Shown here: positions 54,184 to 63,499 of the stretch, one piece after another
Layout: each line of letters starts with the position of its first letter
Position numbering within the stretch: position 1 is the stretch's first letter
Origin: Lachnospiraceae bacterium
GTDB lineage: Bacteria > Bacillota > Clostridia > Lachnospirales > Lachnospiraceae
Assembly: GCA_017461775.1 (NCBI GenBank)
Contig: JAFTXD010000156.1
Location: 21,088-85,087 of the forward strand
Reading direction: 5' to 3'
Length of the DNA stretch: 64,000 nt
Program-made: the position numbers and the translations under genes
Notes under the pieces: generated by a model
The model's input: the letters and a program-made list of their open reading frames with translations, nothing else
Told to the model about the DNA's origin: nothing
The model's database searches: none

Positions 54184-55581
54184 ATGCTGACTTATGATTT
54201 GGCGGAACGTGGAAGTCGTACCATGTACGAGTTTCTGTATGAAAAGATGAAAGAGGATATTATGCAGGGCGTGTTGAAGACAGGGGAGAAGCTACCCTCT
54301 AAGCGTGCCATGGCTGAGCATATGGATGTGAGTATTAAGACCGTGGAGAATGCTTATAACCAGTTGCTTTTGGAGGGATATATTACCTCTGCGGAGAAGA
54401 AGGGGTATTTTGTGAGCAAGCTTTCCAAGGGCGGCCATGGAACGACGGTCTATGAAGGCTTTACCACAAAATACAAGGAAGAACAGGTATTGGCAGATTT
54501 CACGGCTCACAATATTAATTATGATAAATTTCCTTTTGCCAGCTGGGCCAAGGTAATGCGGGAGACATTGACGGATTATGATACCTCTCTTCTGAAGATG
54601 GTGCCCTTTAACGGCGTGGAGGAGCTGCGAATCCAGATTGCAGAGTATCTGTACCGCTATCGTGGGATGCAGGTGTCCCCGGATAATATTATCATTGGAG
54701 CCGGTACGGAGTATTTGTACGGAAGACTGCTGCAGCTTCTTGGTAAGGACGCTTTTTATGCAGTGGAAAATCCGGGATATAAGAAAATCTCCCGTCTTTA
54801 TGAAGCCAATGGAGTAAAGTGGACTTATATAGATATTGATAAACGTGGTATGAACGTGGATGCTTTGCGGGCGTCCGGAGCCAGCGTAGCCCATGTGTCC
54901 CCGGAGCATCATTATCCGGTGGGAATTGTGACACCTATCGGACGCAGGCAGGAGCTCCTTGCCTGGGCAGCGGAGGAGATGGGGCGTTACATCATTGAGG
55001 ACGATTATGACTGTGAATTCCGCTTGGTGGGAAGAGCCATTCCTTCGCTACAGTCTATGGATGCCAATCACAGAGTTATCTATATGAATAATTTTTCCAA
55101 GACCATGGTACCGTCCCTGCGTGTCAGCTATATGGTACTGCCGGAGAAGCTGATGGAGCGGTATCTGTCAACCATGAGCTTTTATTCTTGTAGCGTGTCC
55201 GGCTTTGAGCAGTATGCTTTGGCAAGGTTTATGGAGAAGGGGTATTTTGAGCGTCATATCAGGCGAAGTATCCATTATTATAAACAGCAGCGGGACAAGA
55301 TTTGCAGTATGTTCCGAGCTTCCTCTTTAAACAAAATCAGCAGAATCATTGAGACCGGTGCAGGAACGCATTTTCTGCTGCGAGTGGATACGGATTTAAG
55401 TGATGTAGAAATAAAATGGGCAGCTAAGGAACGGGGCGTTTTGATTCAGTGTCTATCGGAATATTGTTTTGAGAACCAGCACCTATATAAGGGATTTTTG
55501 ATTATTAATTACTCAGATATGGAAGAGGAAAGATTGAAGAAAGCAATCCGGGAACTGGAGGAACTTTTGGGCGTAGAATAG
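54184..55581 (+). CDS. MocR/PdxR-type regulator (GntR wHTH + PLP-binding domain)
   Basis: LPSKR...[15 protein letters not shown]; IIEDDYD; [13 protein letters not shown]. Confidence 0.93.
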   Translation: MLTYDLAERGSRTMYEFLYEKMKEDIMQGVLKTGEKLPSKRAMAEHMDVSIKTVENAYNQLLLEGYITSAEKKGYFVSKLSKGGHGTTVYEGFTTKYKEEQVLADFTAHNINYDKFPFASWAKVMRETLTDYDTSLLKMVPFNGVEELRIQIAEYLYRYRGMQVSPDNIIIGAGTEYLYGRLLQLLGKDAFYAVENPGYKKISRLYEANGVKWTYIDIDKRGMNVDALRASGASVAHVSPEHHYPVGIVTPIGRRQELLAWAAEEMGRYIIEDDYDCEFRLVGRAIPSLQSMDANHRVIYMNNFSKTMVPSLRVSYMVLPEKLMERYLSTMSFYSCSVSGFEQYALARFMEKGYFERHIRRSIHYYKQQRDKICSMFRASSLNKISRIIETGAGTHFLLRVDTDLSDVEIKWAAKERGVLIQCLSEYCFENQHLYKGFLIINYSDMEEERLKKAIRELEELLGVE

Positions 55582-55591
55582 CGGTTTTTGG

Positions 55592-55616
55592 GGGTGTTGA
55601 CACCATGTCAACACCC
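55592..55616. promoter_or_regulatory. Perfect palindrome upstream of the XRE gene (operator candidate)
   Basis: GGGTGTTGACA-CCA-TGTCAACACCC. Confidence 0.55.
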
Positions 55617-55704
55617 GGAAAATGAGGAGTTGCTTTCCTATTTTCGGGAGGAAAGCTATACTGAAGGTGTCCTGCAGGAGACAAACACGAAAGGAATTTT
55701 GAAT

Positions 55705-56529
55705 ATGGCAGAATTTGGAGAAAATTTAAAACGAATCAGAGAAGCTAAGGGGATGACTCAGCAGACGCTGGCGGATTATTTATATGTAACGAGGCAGGCA
55801 GTGTCCAGATGGGAAGGAGGCTCAAGATATCCGGATTTAATGACAGCGAAGAAGATGGCGGAGTTTTTGGAGACATCTGTAGATGAGCTTTTGGCGGATG
55901 ATGATATGAAGAAGTATGTGGAGAAGAATGCAATCTTTGAAAGCGAGCGGTCAAAGAACATGCAAGTGGTAATCACTGCACTGGCATTTATGTGTTCGAT
56001 AGTTATGAGCGTGCTTTATTTGGCAAATCACTTTATACAGGATATGTTTATAATCTCCTCATGGAGCGAAACGACCAAGTGTCTTTTACTTACTATTGTA
56101 CTGGGATACGCTACTTACATGGCACTGATGGATAAAATTAATCAGAAGGTTGCTGCAATTATTGCTTGTTTATATTTTGGAACAGCAATTCTCACCGGAC
56201 TTGCGGGCTTTGTCGGGGAAACTGGATTTACCAAGGTGGCGTTAGTCAGTGCTACTGCATTAAATATCGGATTTTTAGTGATCTGTATACGGTTCTTCTA
56301 TAGTAAGCTTATTACAAATCCGGTAGCGATATATGTGGCAGCAGGCGTGTATGCAATTATCGGATTTATCAATTATTTCTTAGGATTTATGACGGAGATT
56401 CCCTTGGAGATTTATCGTGATGTGTTTATCCTTCATACCTTTGCTTTGTTGGAAAATCTATTAGTGCTGTCCTTGCTGGTAGTTATGGCGAACGAACTGC
56501 ACAAGAAGAGAAAGCTAGTTGCAAGATAG
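55705..56529 (+). CDS. XRE family HTH regulator with multi-TM C-terminus
   Basis: MTQQTLADYLYVTRQAVSRWEGGSRYPD; about 6 hydrophobic segments. Confidence 0.88.
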   Translation: MAEFGENLKRIREAKGMTQQTLADYLYVTRQAVSRWEGGSRYPDLMTAKKMAEFLETSVDELLADDDMKKYVEKNAIFESERSKNMQVVITALAFMCSIVMSVLYLANHFIQDMFIISSWSETTKCLLLTIVLGYATYMALMDKINQKVAAIIACLYFGTAILTGLAGFVGETGFTKVALVSATALNIGFLVICIRFFYSKLITNPVAIYVAAGVYAIIGFINYFLGFMTEIPLEIYRDVFILHTFALLENLLVLSLLVVMANELHKKRKLVAR

Positions 56530-56589
56530 GGGGGATGTCTATAAAAATAAGCTATTGACAATTCCATGATAGTAGATTAATCTAAAGAT

Positions 56590-56679
56590 GTAAAGGGTAC
56601 TACCGATAGACGGTAAGTCCCAATAATGTTGAACAAATAATCGCCTACATGTTTTCTCGGGACAGAGGCGATTATTTTT
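56590..56679 (+). ncRNA. Putative type I antitoxin RNA
   Basis: TTGACA(56555)-17 bp-TAATCT(56578); ends in hairpin AAATAATCGCCT/AGGCGATTATTT plus T-tract; convergent on the toxin gene. Confidence 0.65.
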
Positions 56680-56767
56680 GTGCTCTATTATAACCCATTG
56701 AATAACCAAGTCCATATGCTGTCAGTACAAGGCTGATTACAGCAATTAAACCTTCAAGTGTTAACAT
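56672..56767 (-). CDS. Putative type I toxin, 31-aa membrane peptide
   Basis: MLTLEGLIAVISLVLTAYGLGYSMGYNRAQK*; strong AAGGAGGGTG RBS; promoter TTGTGT-17 bp-TACACT at 56912-56884. Confidence 0.75.
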   Translation of the reverse strand: MLTLEGLIAVISLVLTAYGLGYSMGYNRAQK

Positions 56768-56995
56768 TCGCAACACCCTCCTTCGTATATGTTTCTGTAA
56801 AAACAGATGTCTATATTAACAGAGGGTCACAGTCCCTCTGCAGAAGGACTAACCGCCTACCGTAAATGGTAGTACCCATAAAGAGTGTAACAGAATAAAC
56901 AGATAAACACAATAGTAAAAGAGATAAAAAAATAAATTATACAAAAAAGACAGAAGGGAGATATAAAGAGAACTTCCTTTCTGTCTTTCTTCAAA

Positions 56996-57868
56996 TTATA
57001 TTTTTCGCCACACCGTCCATGTAACAGCAGGGTGGTAACCAATCTTCTCATAAAACGGATTACCACCGCCGGTCATATGTGTTGCACCGAGAGGTTTCAT
57101 GCGGCGGTATAGCTCAGAAAGCGCTGCGGATGCAAGTCCCAGCTGTCGATATTCCGGGACTGTACATAAAGGTTCCATGTAGGCTAGTTGATTTTCCGGG
57201 ATCCACCACATTCCGGCATAACATACATAGTTGCCGGACTCATTCTCGATTGCTACACCATATTCCAGTGTTTGGTGTGGTGATTGGAGAAGTCCATAGT
57301 TATTCCTGGTATCACCATCCCATGGTCCTTCCTTTTCTTCGTGGTCAAAGCCCTTCCAGCAGCATTCGCTTATTTTTGCAATATCCAACATTCCTTGTGG
57401 TACAAAGTGAAATCCTTTGGGAAGAGGGTAGTCCAGAGGTTTGTCAAAGTCATATTGCATATCGTTCCATTGGCTGATTTGTTGATACCCCATTTTCTCT
57501 GCGGCTGTCTGAATGGCATCTTGACCCTTAAAAATTATGAAATGTCTCTTTCCTTCCAAATTGGGCATATGTGCGTCAGCATACGCAACCATTTCCGGGG
57601 CAATCTCTTCGTACCCCGGCCGCAGGCTAAAGTAAATGTCGGTTACCGGATTTTCTGTATATACAAATCCTATGATTTTGTCACCATCAAACCAGATCCG
57701 ATTCAAGTAGGAATAGGATTTATCCATCCAGGTAGAAGAGAGGGCGTATTCTAAAAATGGCGCCGGAACACCGTTGCGCCAGTTTCTTTCGTAGATTTCC
57801 AGCATAAATTGATAAATATCCATATGGTCAGATAGAATTCGATATTGGCGGGCAGTTATATTTTTCAT
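56996..57868 (-). CDS. GNAT family N-acetyltransferase
   Basis: EPLCTVPEYRQLGLA and FYEKIGY motifs. Confidence 0.85.
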   Translation of the reverse strand: MKNITARQYRILSDHMDIYQFMLEIYERNWRNGVPAPFLEYALSSTWMDKSYSYLNRIWFDGDKIIGFVYTENPVTDIYFSLRPGYEEIAPEMVAYADAHMPNLEGKRHFIIFKGQDAIQTAAEKMGYQQISQWNDMQYDFDKPLDYPLPKGFHFVPQGMLDIAKISECCWKGFDHEEKEGPWDGDTRNNYGLLQSPHQTLEYGVAIENESGNYVCYAGMWWIPENQLAYMEPLCTVPEYRQLGLASAALSELYRRMKPLGATHMTGGGNPFYEKIGYHPAVTWTVWRKI

Positions 57869-57994
57869 TTTTACTCAATCCTTTTTAAATATGATGATAT
57901 CTCTAGGGTAATCAAACGACACTTTTTAGGCAAGTGGAAAGAATGGCTATAATTAAAAAGGATGCCGACTTACTAAGAGCAGGCATCCTTCGGA

Positions 57995-58252
57995 TTATTC
58001 ATAAATAATCTTTTTAATTGTACTTTCTGCCAGTCCATATTGCTGGGCCAATTCAGAAATAGAAGTTCCCCCTTTGAATAGTGTGGTAATCTCTTGATTG
58101 CGTTGGGTATAGAAGAACTGGGAACCGCTGACGGCGCCCCATTGTTTCTTCGAACCTTTCTTGGGAATATAAAGTAGTTCCCCGTCTACGTAACGCTGAA
58201 TTTCCTGCAATAATGTTTCCGGCAATATCTCTGCTGCATTGATATATTTCAT
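57995..58252 (-). CDS. CD3324-like / Mor-type HTH protein
   Basis: MKYINAAEILPETLLQEIQRYVDGELLYIP...RNQEI...LAQQYGLAESTIKKIIY. Confidence 0.82.
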   Translation of the reverse strand: MKYINAAEILPETLLQEIQRYVDGELLYIPKKGSKKQWGAVSGSQFFYTQRNQEITTLFKGGTSISELAQQYGLAESTIKKIIYE

Positions 58253-58340
58253 TCTGCCTCTCCTTATTTATCTTGCTAAATAAGTGCAGAAGCAGCAGGA
58301 CATATTATTTTATCCGCCCATACAAACAGCTATATGCCTG

Positions 58341-58406
58341 CTACTCTGCATGGGCATAGAATTGCCTGAGACCGTTTTGGAATGCGGCACGTTCTTTCAT
58401 TCTCAT
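58341..58406 (-). CDS. Putative leader peptide (21 aa)
   Basis: AAGGGGG RBS; MRMKERAAFQNGLRQFYAHAE*; stop codon lies inside alternative leader hairpins. Confidence 0.55.
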   Translation of the reverse strand: MRMKERAAFQNGLRQFYAHAE

Positions 58407-58488
58407 AAAGATACCCCCTTGTAATAGTTTTTGCTTTACTTTTATTGTAATATGCGGAGGCATTAAGAACAATGGAATTTTCTCAAAA

Positions 58489-58890
58489 TCATAGATTTAC
58501 AAATTCGCTGGGAGAAAAAGTTGCAGGATAAAGTAACTTAGCCTCTAAAAAGTCTTTGTCACCAGTTAGTATTGCATCGACTTTTGCCTTTTTTGCTGCG
58601 CGCAATATTGGACGGTCTGCAATATCTCGAATATGCAATTCATCATTGTCTGTTTGGGGAGGAATAGGAATTAATTCCATTATAGAAAGAGATGTGACTA
58701 AAAAATGCTCTAGGTGTTGCATTTTTGAAGGGAATTTCCGTGCGAAGACTGCTTGCAGTTCTTCAATATTTTGTGTCGTAATAAAACCTTTATTAGGATA
58801 CGATACAGCTTTAATAAAGGCTTTATTGGCGACGCCAGTGGGAGATAGAATTGTGGAAATAAGAATGTTGGTGTCAATCAGAATTTTCAT
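58489..58890 (-). CDS. PIN domain toxin
   Basis: ILIDTNILIS, RDIADRPIL and ILTGDKDFL motifs. Confidence 0.9.
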   Translation of the reverse strand: MKILIDTNILISTILSPTGVANKAFIKAVSYPNKGFITTQNIEELQAVFARKFPSKMQHLEHFLVTSLSIMELIPIPPQTDNDELHIRDIADRPILRAAKKAKVDAILTGDKDFLEAKLLYPATFSPSEFVNL

Positions 58891-59159
58891 GGATTTTCCA
58901 CCTCGTTTCTTATTTCTTTAATTAGAGCGTTAATGTCATCGTCAGTAAATAATCCGCTCTTCTCGCGTTCACCTTCCATGGAGCTTTGTAAGATTTTCAT
59001 GGCATACACAGCAGCGTTCATCATAATGACTCTGTCACCTTCGGCAATGAAGATTACCTTGTCTCCGGTATCTACACCGAGTTGTAAACGAACCTCTTTA
59101 GGGAGCGTAATTTGTCCTTTTGACATGACTTTGGCATTGTCTACAATTATGCTTTTCAT
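58887..59159 (-). CDS. AbrB/MazE family antitoxin
   Basis: AKVMSKGQITLPKEVRLQLGVDTGDKV; 4-nt overlap with the PIN gene. Confidence 0.9.
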   Translation of the reverse strand: MKSIIVDNAKVMSKGQITLPKEVRLQLGVDTGDKVIFIAEGDRVIMMNAAVYAMKILQSSMEGEREKSGLFTDDDINALIKEIRNEVENP

Positions 59160-59181
59160 ATGTATTCCTTTCTGTTGAATG

Positions 59182-59205
59182 AAAAGTAGGGAAAACCCTA
59201 CTTTT
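59182..59205. promoter_or_regulatory. Operator palindrome of the AbrB-PIN pair
   Basis: AAAAGTAGGG-AAAA-CCCTACTTTT adjacent to a minus-strand TATAAT. Confidence 0.6.
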
Positions 59206-59390
59206 ATTATACGACAGATGAAAAAAAAAACAAGAACATTTTTAAGGCGTGTGAAACTAGAATAGATATTTGCAACACAGGACACTTTTTTTACAATAAG
59301 TGTCCTTTTTTCTTGCCCATAAGTGTGTTATGATATATGTATCTGAGTGGGCGTAGCCCGCGGTTTTTTAGCGAAAGCAAGGAGGTCAAT

Positions 59391-60803
59391 ATGGGGGCAT
59401 ATTATTTAGCAATTGACATTGGTGCATCCAGCGGACGTCACATTCTTTCTCACATGGAGAACGGTAAGCTGATTTTGGAGGAGGTTCATCGTTTTCCCAA
59501 CGGACTTCATGAGAAGGATGGGGAGAAGTGCTGGGATTATGAAGCACTGTTTAATGAAATCAAGACAGGACTTAAAAAGTGTAAGGAAATTGGCAAGATT
59601 CCGGCCAGCGTAGGTATCGATACCTGGGGCGTGGATTTTGTGTTATTGGATGAGAATGATAAGGTGCTGGGCAATACGGTTGGTTACCGTGATGACAGAA
59701 CCCAGGGTATGGATGAGGAAGTGTACAAGATTATTCCTCATGAGCAGCTTTATCTGCGTACCGGTATCCAGAAGGCGATTTTCAATACCATCTATCAGCT
59801 GATGGCGGTAAAGAAGGGACATCCGGAGTACTTAGAGCAGGCGAAAACCTTTTTAATGGTGCCTGATTATTTCCATTACTTATTAAGTGGTAAGAAGTCC
59901 AACGAGTATACCGAGGCTTCTACTTCCCAGTTATTAAATCCTCAGACCAAGGAGTGGGATAAGGAGTTAATCGAGATGCTGGGTATCCCTTCCGATATGT
60001 TTTTACCGATTTCTGTACCGGGTACCGTGCTTGGTGATTTGACCGAGGAGCTTCAGGCAGAGCTTGGCTTTAACTGTAAGGTAGTACTTCCTGCAACCCA
60101 CGACACCGGCTCCGCAGTGCTTGCGGTTCCGTCCAATAACCCGGATACCGTATATATCAGCTCCGGTACCTGGTCTTTAATGGGCGTAGAGCGTATGGAA
60201 GCAGACTGTAGCTTAGAGAGTATGGCACACAACTTCACCAACGAGGGCGGTTATCAGTATCGTTTCCGTTATTTGAAGAACATTATGGGTCTTTGGATGA
60301 TTCAAAGTGTGAAGAAGGAGCTGAAGGAAGAGCAGGGCATCGATATTTCTTTTGGTGAGCTTTGTGCCGAGGCGGCTAAGCAGAGCATTACCAGCTTAGT
60401 AGATTGTAACGATGGCAGATTCCTTGCGCCGAAGAATATGACCAAGGAAGTGCAGGCTGCTTGTGAGGAAAGCGGTCAGCAGGTTCCGCAGACGCCGGCA
60501 GAAATTGCATCCGTTATTTACAACAGTTTAGCTAAGTGCTACGCAGAAACCATTGAAGAGATTCAGGAAATCACCGGTAAGACCTACGATAGCATCAGCG
60601 TAGTAGGTGGTGGTGCCAACGCAGAGTACTTAAATGAGCTTACTGCGAAGTACACCGGAAGAACCGTATTTGCCGGCCCTACCGAAGCAACCGCTATCGG
60701 TAACCTGATGGTACAGATGATGGTAGGCGGCGAGCTAACAGATTTAAATAGTGCGAGAGATTGTGTATTTGCATCTTTCGACGTAAAAACATACACAAAC
60801 TAA
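59391..60803 (+). CDS. rhaB: Rhamnulokinase
   Basis: AIDIGASSGR, GIDTWGVD, HDTGSAV, SSGTWSL and NFTNEGG motifs. Confidence 0.93.
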   Translation: MGAYYLAIDIGASSGRHILSHMENGKLILEEVHRFPNGLHEKDGEKCWDYEALFNEIKTGLKKCKEIGKIPASVGIDTWGVDFVLLDENDKVLGNTVGYRDDRTQGMDEEVYKIIPHEQLYLRTGIQKAIFNTIYQLMAVKKGHPEYLEQAKTFLMVPDYFHYLLSGKKSNEYTEASTSQLLNPQTKEWDKELIEMLGIPSDMFLPISVPGTVLGDLTEELQAELGFNCKVVLPATHDTGSAVLAVPSNNPDTVYISSGTWSLMGVERMEADCSLESMAHNFTNEGGYQYRFRYLKNIMGLWMIQSVKKELKEEQGIDISFGELCAEAAKQSITSLVDCNDGRFLAPKNMTKEVQAACEESGQQVPQTPAEIASVIYNSLAKCYAETIEEIQEITGKTYDSISVVGGGANAEYLNELTAKYTGRTVFAGPTEATAIGNLMVQMMVGGELTDLNSARDCVFASFDVKTYTN

Positions 60804-60821
60804 TCTTAGGAGGATATTAAA

Positions 60822-62075
60822 ATGAGCGTAAAATCAAGATACGAAGAAGCGAAAGCAATGTACGCTGCGTATGGCGTAGACACTGACAAGGCAATTGAAA
60901 TTTTAAAGAACGTACCTATCTCTGTTCACTGCTGGCAGGGTGACGACGTTAAGGGATTTGATCAGGACGGTCCTTTAACCGGCGGTATCCAGACGACCGG
61001 AAACTATCCCGGAAAGGCTAGAACTCCCGAAGAGTTAATGGCAGATATGGACAAGGCTATGAGCCTTTGCCCAGGTAAGAAGAAAATCAACGTTCATGCT
61101 TGCTATGCAATCTTTGAGGATGGCGAGTGGGTTGACAGAGATAAATTAGAGCCTAAGCACTTCGCTAAGTGGGTAGAGTTTGCAAAAGAGAGAAACATGG
61201 GTATCGACTTTAATCCTACCTTCTTCTCCAGCCCTAAGGTAAAGGATGGCTTAACCTTATCCAGCCCTGACAAGGAGACCAGAGATTTCTGGATTGAGCA
61301 CGGTAAGGCATGTATCCGCATCTCCGAGTACTTTGCAAAAGAAACCGGTATTCCTTGTGTAATGAATATCTGGACCGGTGACGGTTACAAGGATGTTCCT
61401 GCAGACCGTATGGGACCTAGAATGAGATATAAGGAGTCCATCGAAGCTATCTTAGCTGAGCCATTTGACAAGAATTTAGTAAAGCCTTGCGTGGAGTCTA
61501 AGGTATTCGGTATCGGTGTAGAGTCCTTTACCGCAGGTAGCGCAGAGTTTACCTTAACCTTCGCTGCAACTCATGAAGGTTGCTTACCTCTGATGGACAA
61601 TGGTCACTATCATCCTACTGAGGTGGTATCTGATAAGATTCCTGCACTCCTTTGCTTCTTCCCTGAGCTTGCTCTTCACGTAACTCGTGGTATCCGTTGG
61701 GATTCTGACCATGTAGTAGTATTCGATGATGAGACCAAGGAAATCGCTAAGGAAATCGTTCGTAATGATGCACTTGAAAGAGTATATATTGCTCTGGACT
61801 TCTTCGATGCAAGTATCAACCGTGTATCTGCATGGGCAAACGGTATCCGTTCCATGGAGAAGGCATTATTAAATGCTTTGGTTACTCCTAACGCTATGTT
61901 AAAGGAGCTTCAGGATAACAACCAGTTCACCAAGCTGATGAGTATGCAGGAAGAAATGAAGACCATGCCTTTTGGTGATGTATGGAATTACTTCTGCGAG
62001 GAATGTGGTGTTCCAGCTAACTGGATTGAAGAAATCGAAACTTACGAAAAAGAAGTTTTATCTAAGAGAGTTTAG
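60822..62075 (+). CDS. rhaA: L-rhamnose isomerase
   Basis: HCWQGDDV, GNYPGKAR, ESKVFGIG and WDSDHVV motifs. Confidence 0.96.
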   Translation: MSVKSRYEEAKAMYAAYGVDTDKAIEILKNVPISVHCWQGDDVKGFDQDGPLTGGIQTTGNYPGKARTPEELMADMDKAMSLCPGKKKINVHACYAIFEDGEWVDRDKLEPKHFAKWVEFAKERNMGIDFNPTFFSSPKVKDGLTLSSPDKETRDFWIEHGKACIRISEYFAKETGIPCVMNIWTGDGYKDVPADRMGPRMRYKESIEAILAEPFDKNLVKPCVESKVFGIGVESFTAGSAEFTLTFAATHEGCLPLMDNGHYHPTEVVSDKIPALLCFFPELALHVTRGIRWDSDHVVVFDDETKEIAKEIVRNDALERVYIALDFFDASINRVSAWANGIRSMEKALLNALVTPNAMLKELQDNNQFTKLMSMQEEMKTMPFGDVWNYFCEECGVPANWIEEIETYEKEVLSKRV

Positions 62076-62086
62076 TTGTATAATGT

Positions 62087-62113
62087 TAGGGCTACCTGTT
62101 GCGGGTAGCCCTA
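62087..62113 (+). terminator. Hairpin after rhaA
   Basis: TAGGGCTACC-TGTTGCG-GGTAGCCCTA. Confidence 0.6.
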
Positions 62114-62140
62114 TATTATTGCAAAAATTGAGGTGTACTC

Positions 62141-63484
62141 ATGAAAAAGCATGAAATAGATATGTGTAACGGTTCGCTCCCTAAGCAGATGTTTTACTTT
62201 AGTCTGCCACTGATGTTATCCAATGTATTACAGGTACTTTTTAATATGGCGGACGTGGCCGTGGTGGGCCGCTTTGCGGGTTCCATAGCATTAGGAAGTG
62301 TGGGCTCCACCAGTACGTTGGTGAATCTGTTTACCGGTATTTTAATTGGTACCAGTGGTGGCGTGAATGTGCTTGTGGCACTTTATGCCGGAGCGAAGAA
62401 TAAGAAGGATTTGAAGGAGATGGTGCATACCTCTGCCATTATCTGCGCCATTATCGGCGTGCTGATGATGGTCTTCGGCTTTGGATTCGCCAGAGTCATT
62501 TTGGAGGCTATGAGTACGAAGCCGGAGCTGATTGATGGGGCGGTGCTGTATTTCCGGATTTACATGCTGGGTATGCCGGCACTTGCCATCTTTAACTTCG
62601 GTAATGCAGTGTTCAGCGCCAATGGAAATACGAAGAAGCCGCTCTTTTTCCTGAGTCTTGCCGGTGTATGTAATGTAGTGCTGAATTTGTTCTTTGTCAT
62701 CGTGTGTCATATGAGCGTGGCAGGAGTGGCTTTGGCCAGTATCATTTCTCAGTATTTATCGGCGATTTTGATTGTGCGGGAATTATGCAAGAGTAAGGAA
62801 GACTATGGACTTACGTTTACAGAGCTTCGTCTCACCGGCTCTAAAGTGGTCCCCCTTTTGAAAATCGGAATTCCTTCCGGTCTTCAGAATGGTATTTTTA
62901 TGTTTGCTAATTTATTTATTCAGATTGGTGTCAATTCTTTTGATGCCACAGTGGTGGCAGGAAATTCCGCCGCGGCCAATGCGGATGCACTGGTGTATGA
63001 CGTGATGGCTGCCTTTTACACGGCAGCAGCCAGCTTTATCGGGCAGAACTTTGGAGCCAGAAATAAAAAGCGTATCATGCATAGTTACTTTATCGGTATG
63101 GGATATGCTTTGGCAGCGGGACTGATTATGGGACTTGGTCTGGTAGCGTTGGGACACCCTTTCCTTGGTCTTTTTGCTACGGAGGAAGCTGTTATTGAAG
63201 CCGGTATGCAGAGACTTATTGTCATGGGGTGCTCTTATTGGATTTCGGCGTTTATGGACTGCTCCATCGCGGCGTCCAGAGGGCTGGGAAGAAGCGGTGT
63301 GCCTACCTTTATTGTAATCATGGGCTCCTGTGTGTTCCGTATTTTCTGGATTTACACAATCTTTGCTCACTTTGGCACCATTATGTCACTGTATCTTTTG
63401 TATGCATTTTCCTGGACGATTACTGCCATTGCGGAGATGCTGTACTTCTTCCGGGCGTATAAGCAGGAGGTTGGTAAGATATAA
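62141..63484 (+). CDS. MATE family efflux transporter
   Basis: LQVLFNMADVAVVGRF, NVVLNLFFV and VAGVALAS; 12-TM pattern. Confidence 0.92.
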   Translation: MKKHEIDMCNGSLPKQMFYFSLPLMLSNVLQVLFNMADVAVVGRFAGSIALGSVGSTSTLVNLFTGILIGTSGGVNVLVALYAGAKNKKDLKEMVHTSAIICAIIGVLMMVFGFGFARVILEAMSTKPELIDGAVLYFRIYMLGMPALAIFNFGNAVFSANGNTKKPLFFLSLAGVCNVVLNLFFVIVCHMSVAGVALASIISQYLSAILIVRELCKSKEDYGLTFTELRLTGSKVVPLLKIGIPSGLQNGIFMFANLFIQIGVNSFDATVVAGNSAAANADALVYDVMAAFYTAAASFIGQNFGARNKKRIMHSYFIGMGYALAAGLIMGLGLVALGHPFLGLFATEEAVIEAGMQRLIVMGCSYWISAFMDCSIAASRGLGRSGVPTFIVIMGSCVFRIFWIYTIFAHFGTIMSLYLLYAFSWTITAIAEMLYFFRAYKQEVGKI

Positions 63485-63499
63485 GAATAGCAAGTGGAA

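Noticed and set aside
325-63462. Numerous short antisense or alternate-frame ORFs in the track (e.g. 27212-27838, 54292-54912, 50682-51221, 13746-14276)
   Set aside because: They shadow well-supported genes and lack RBSs or recognisable motifs
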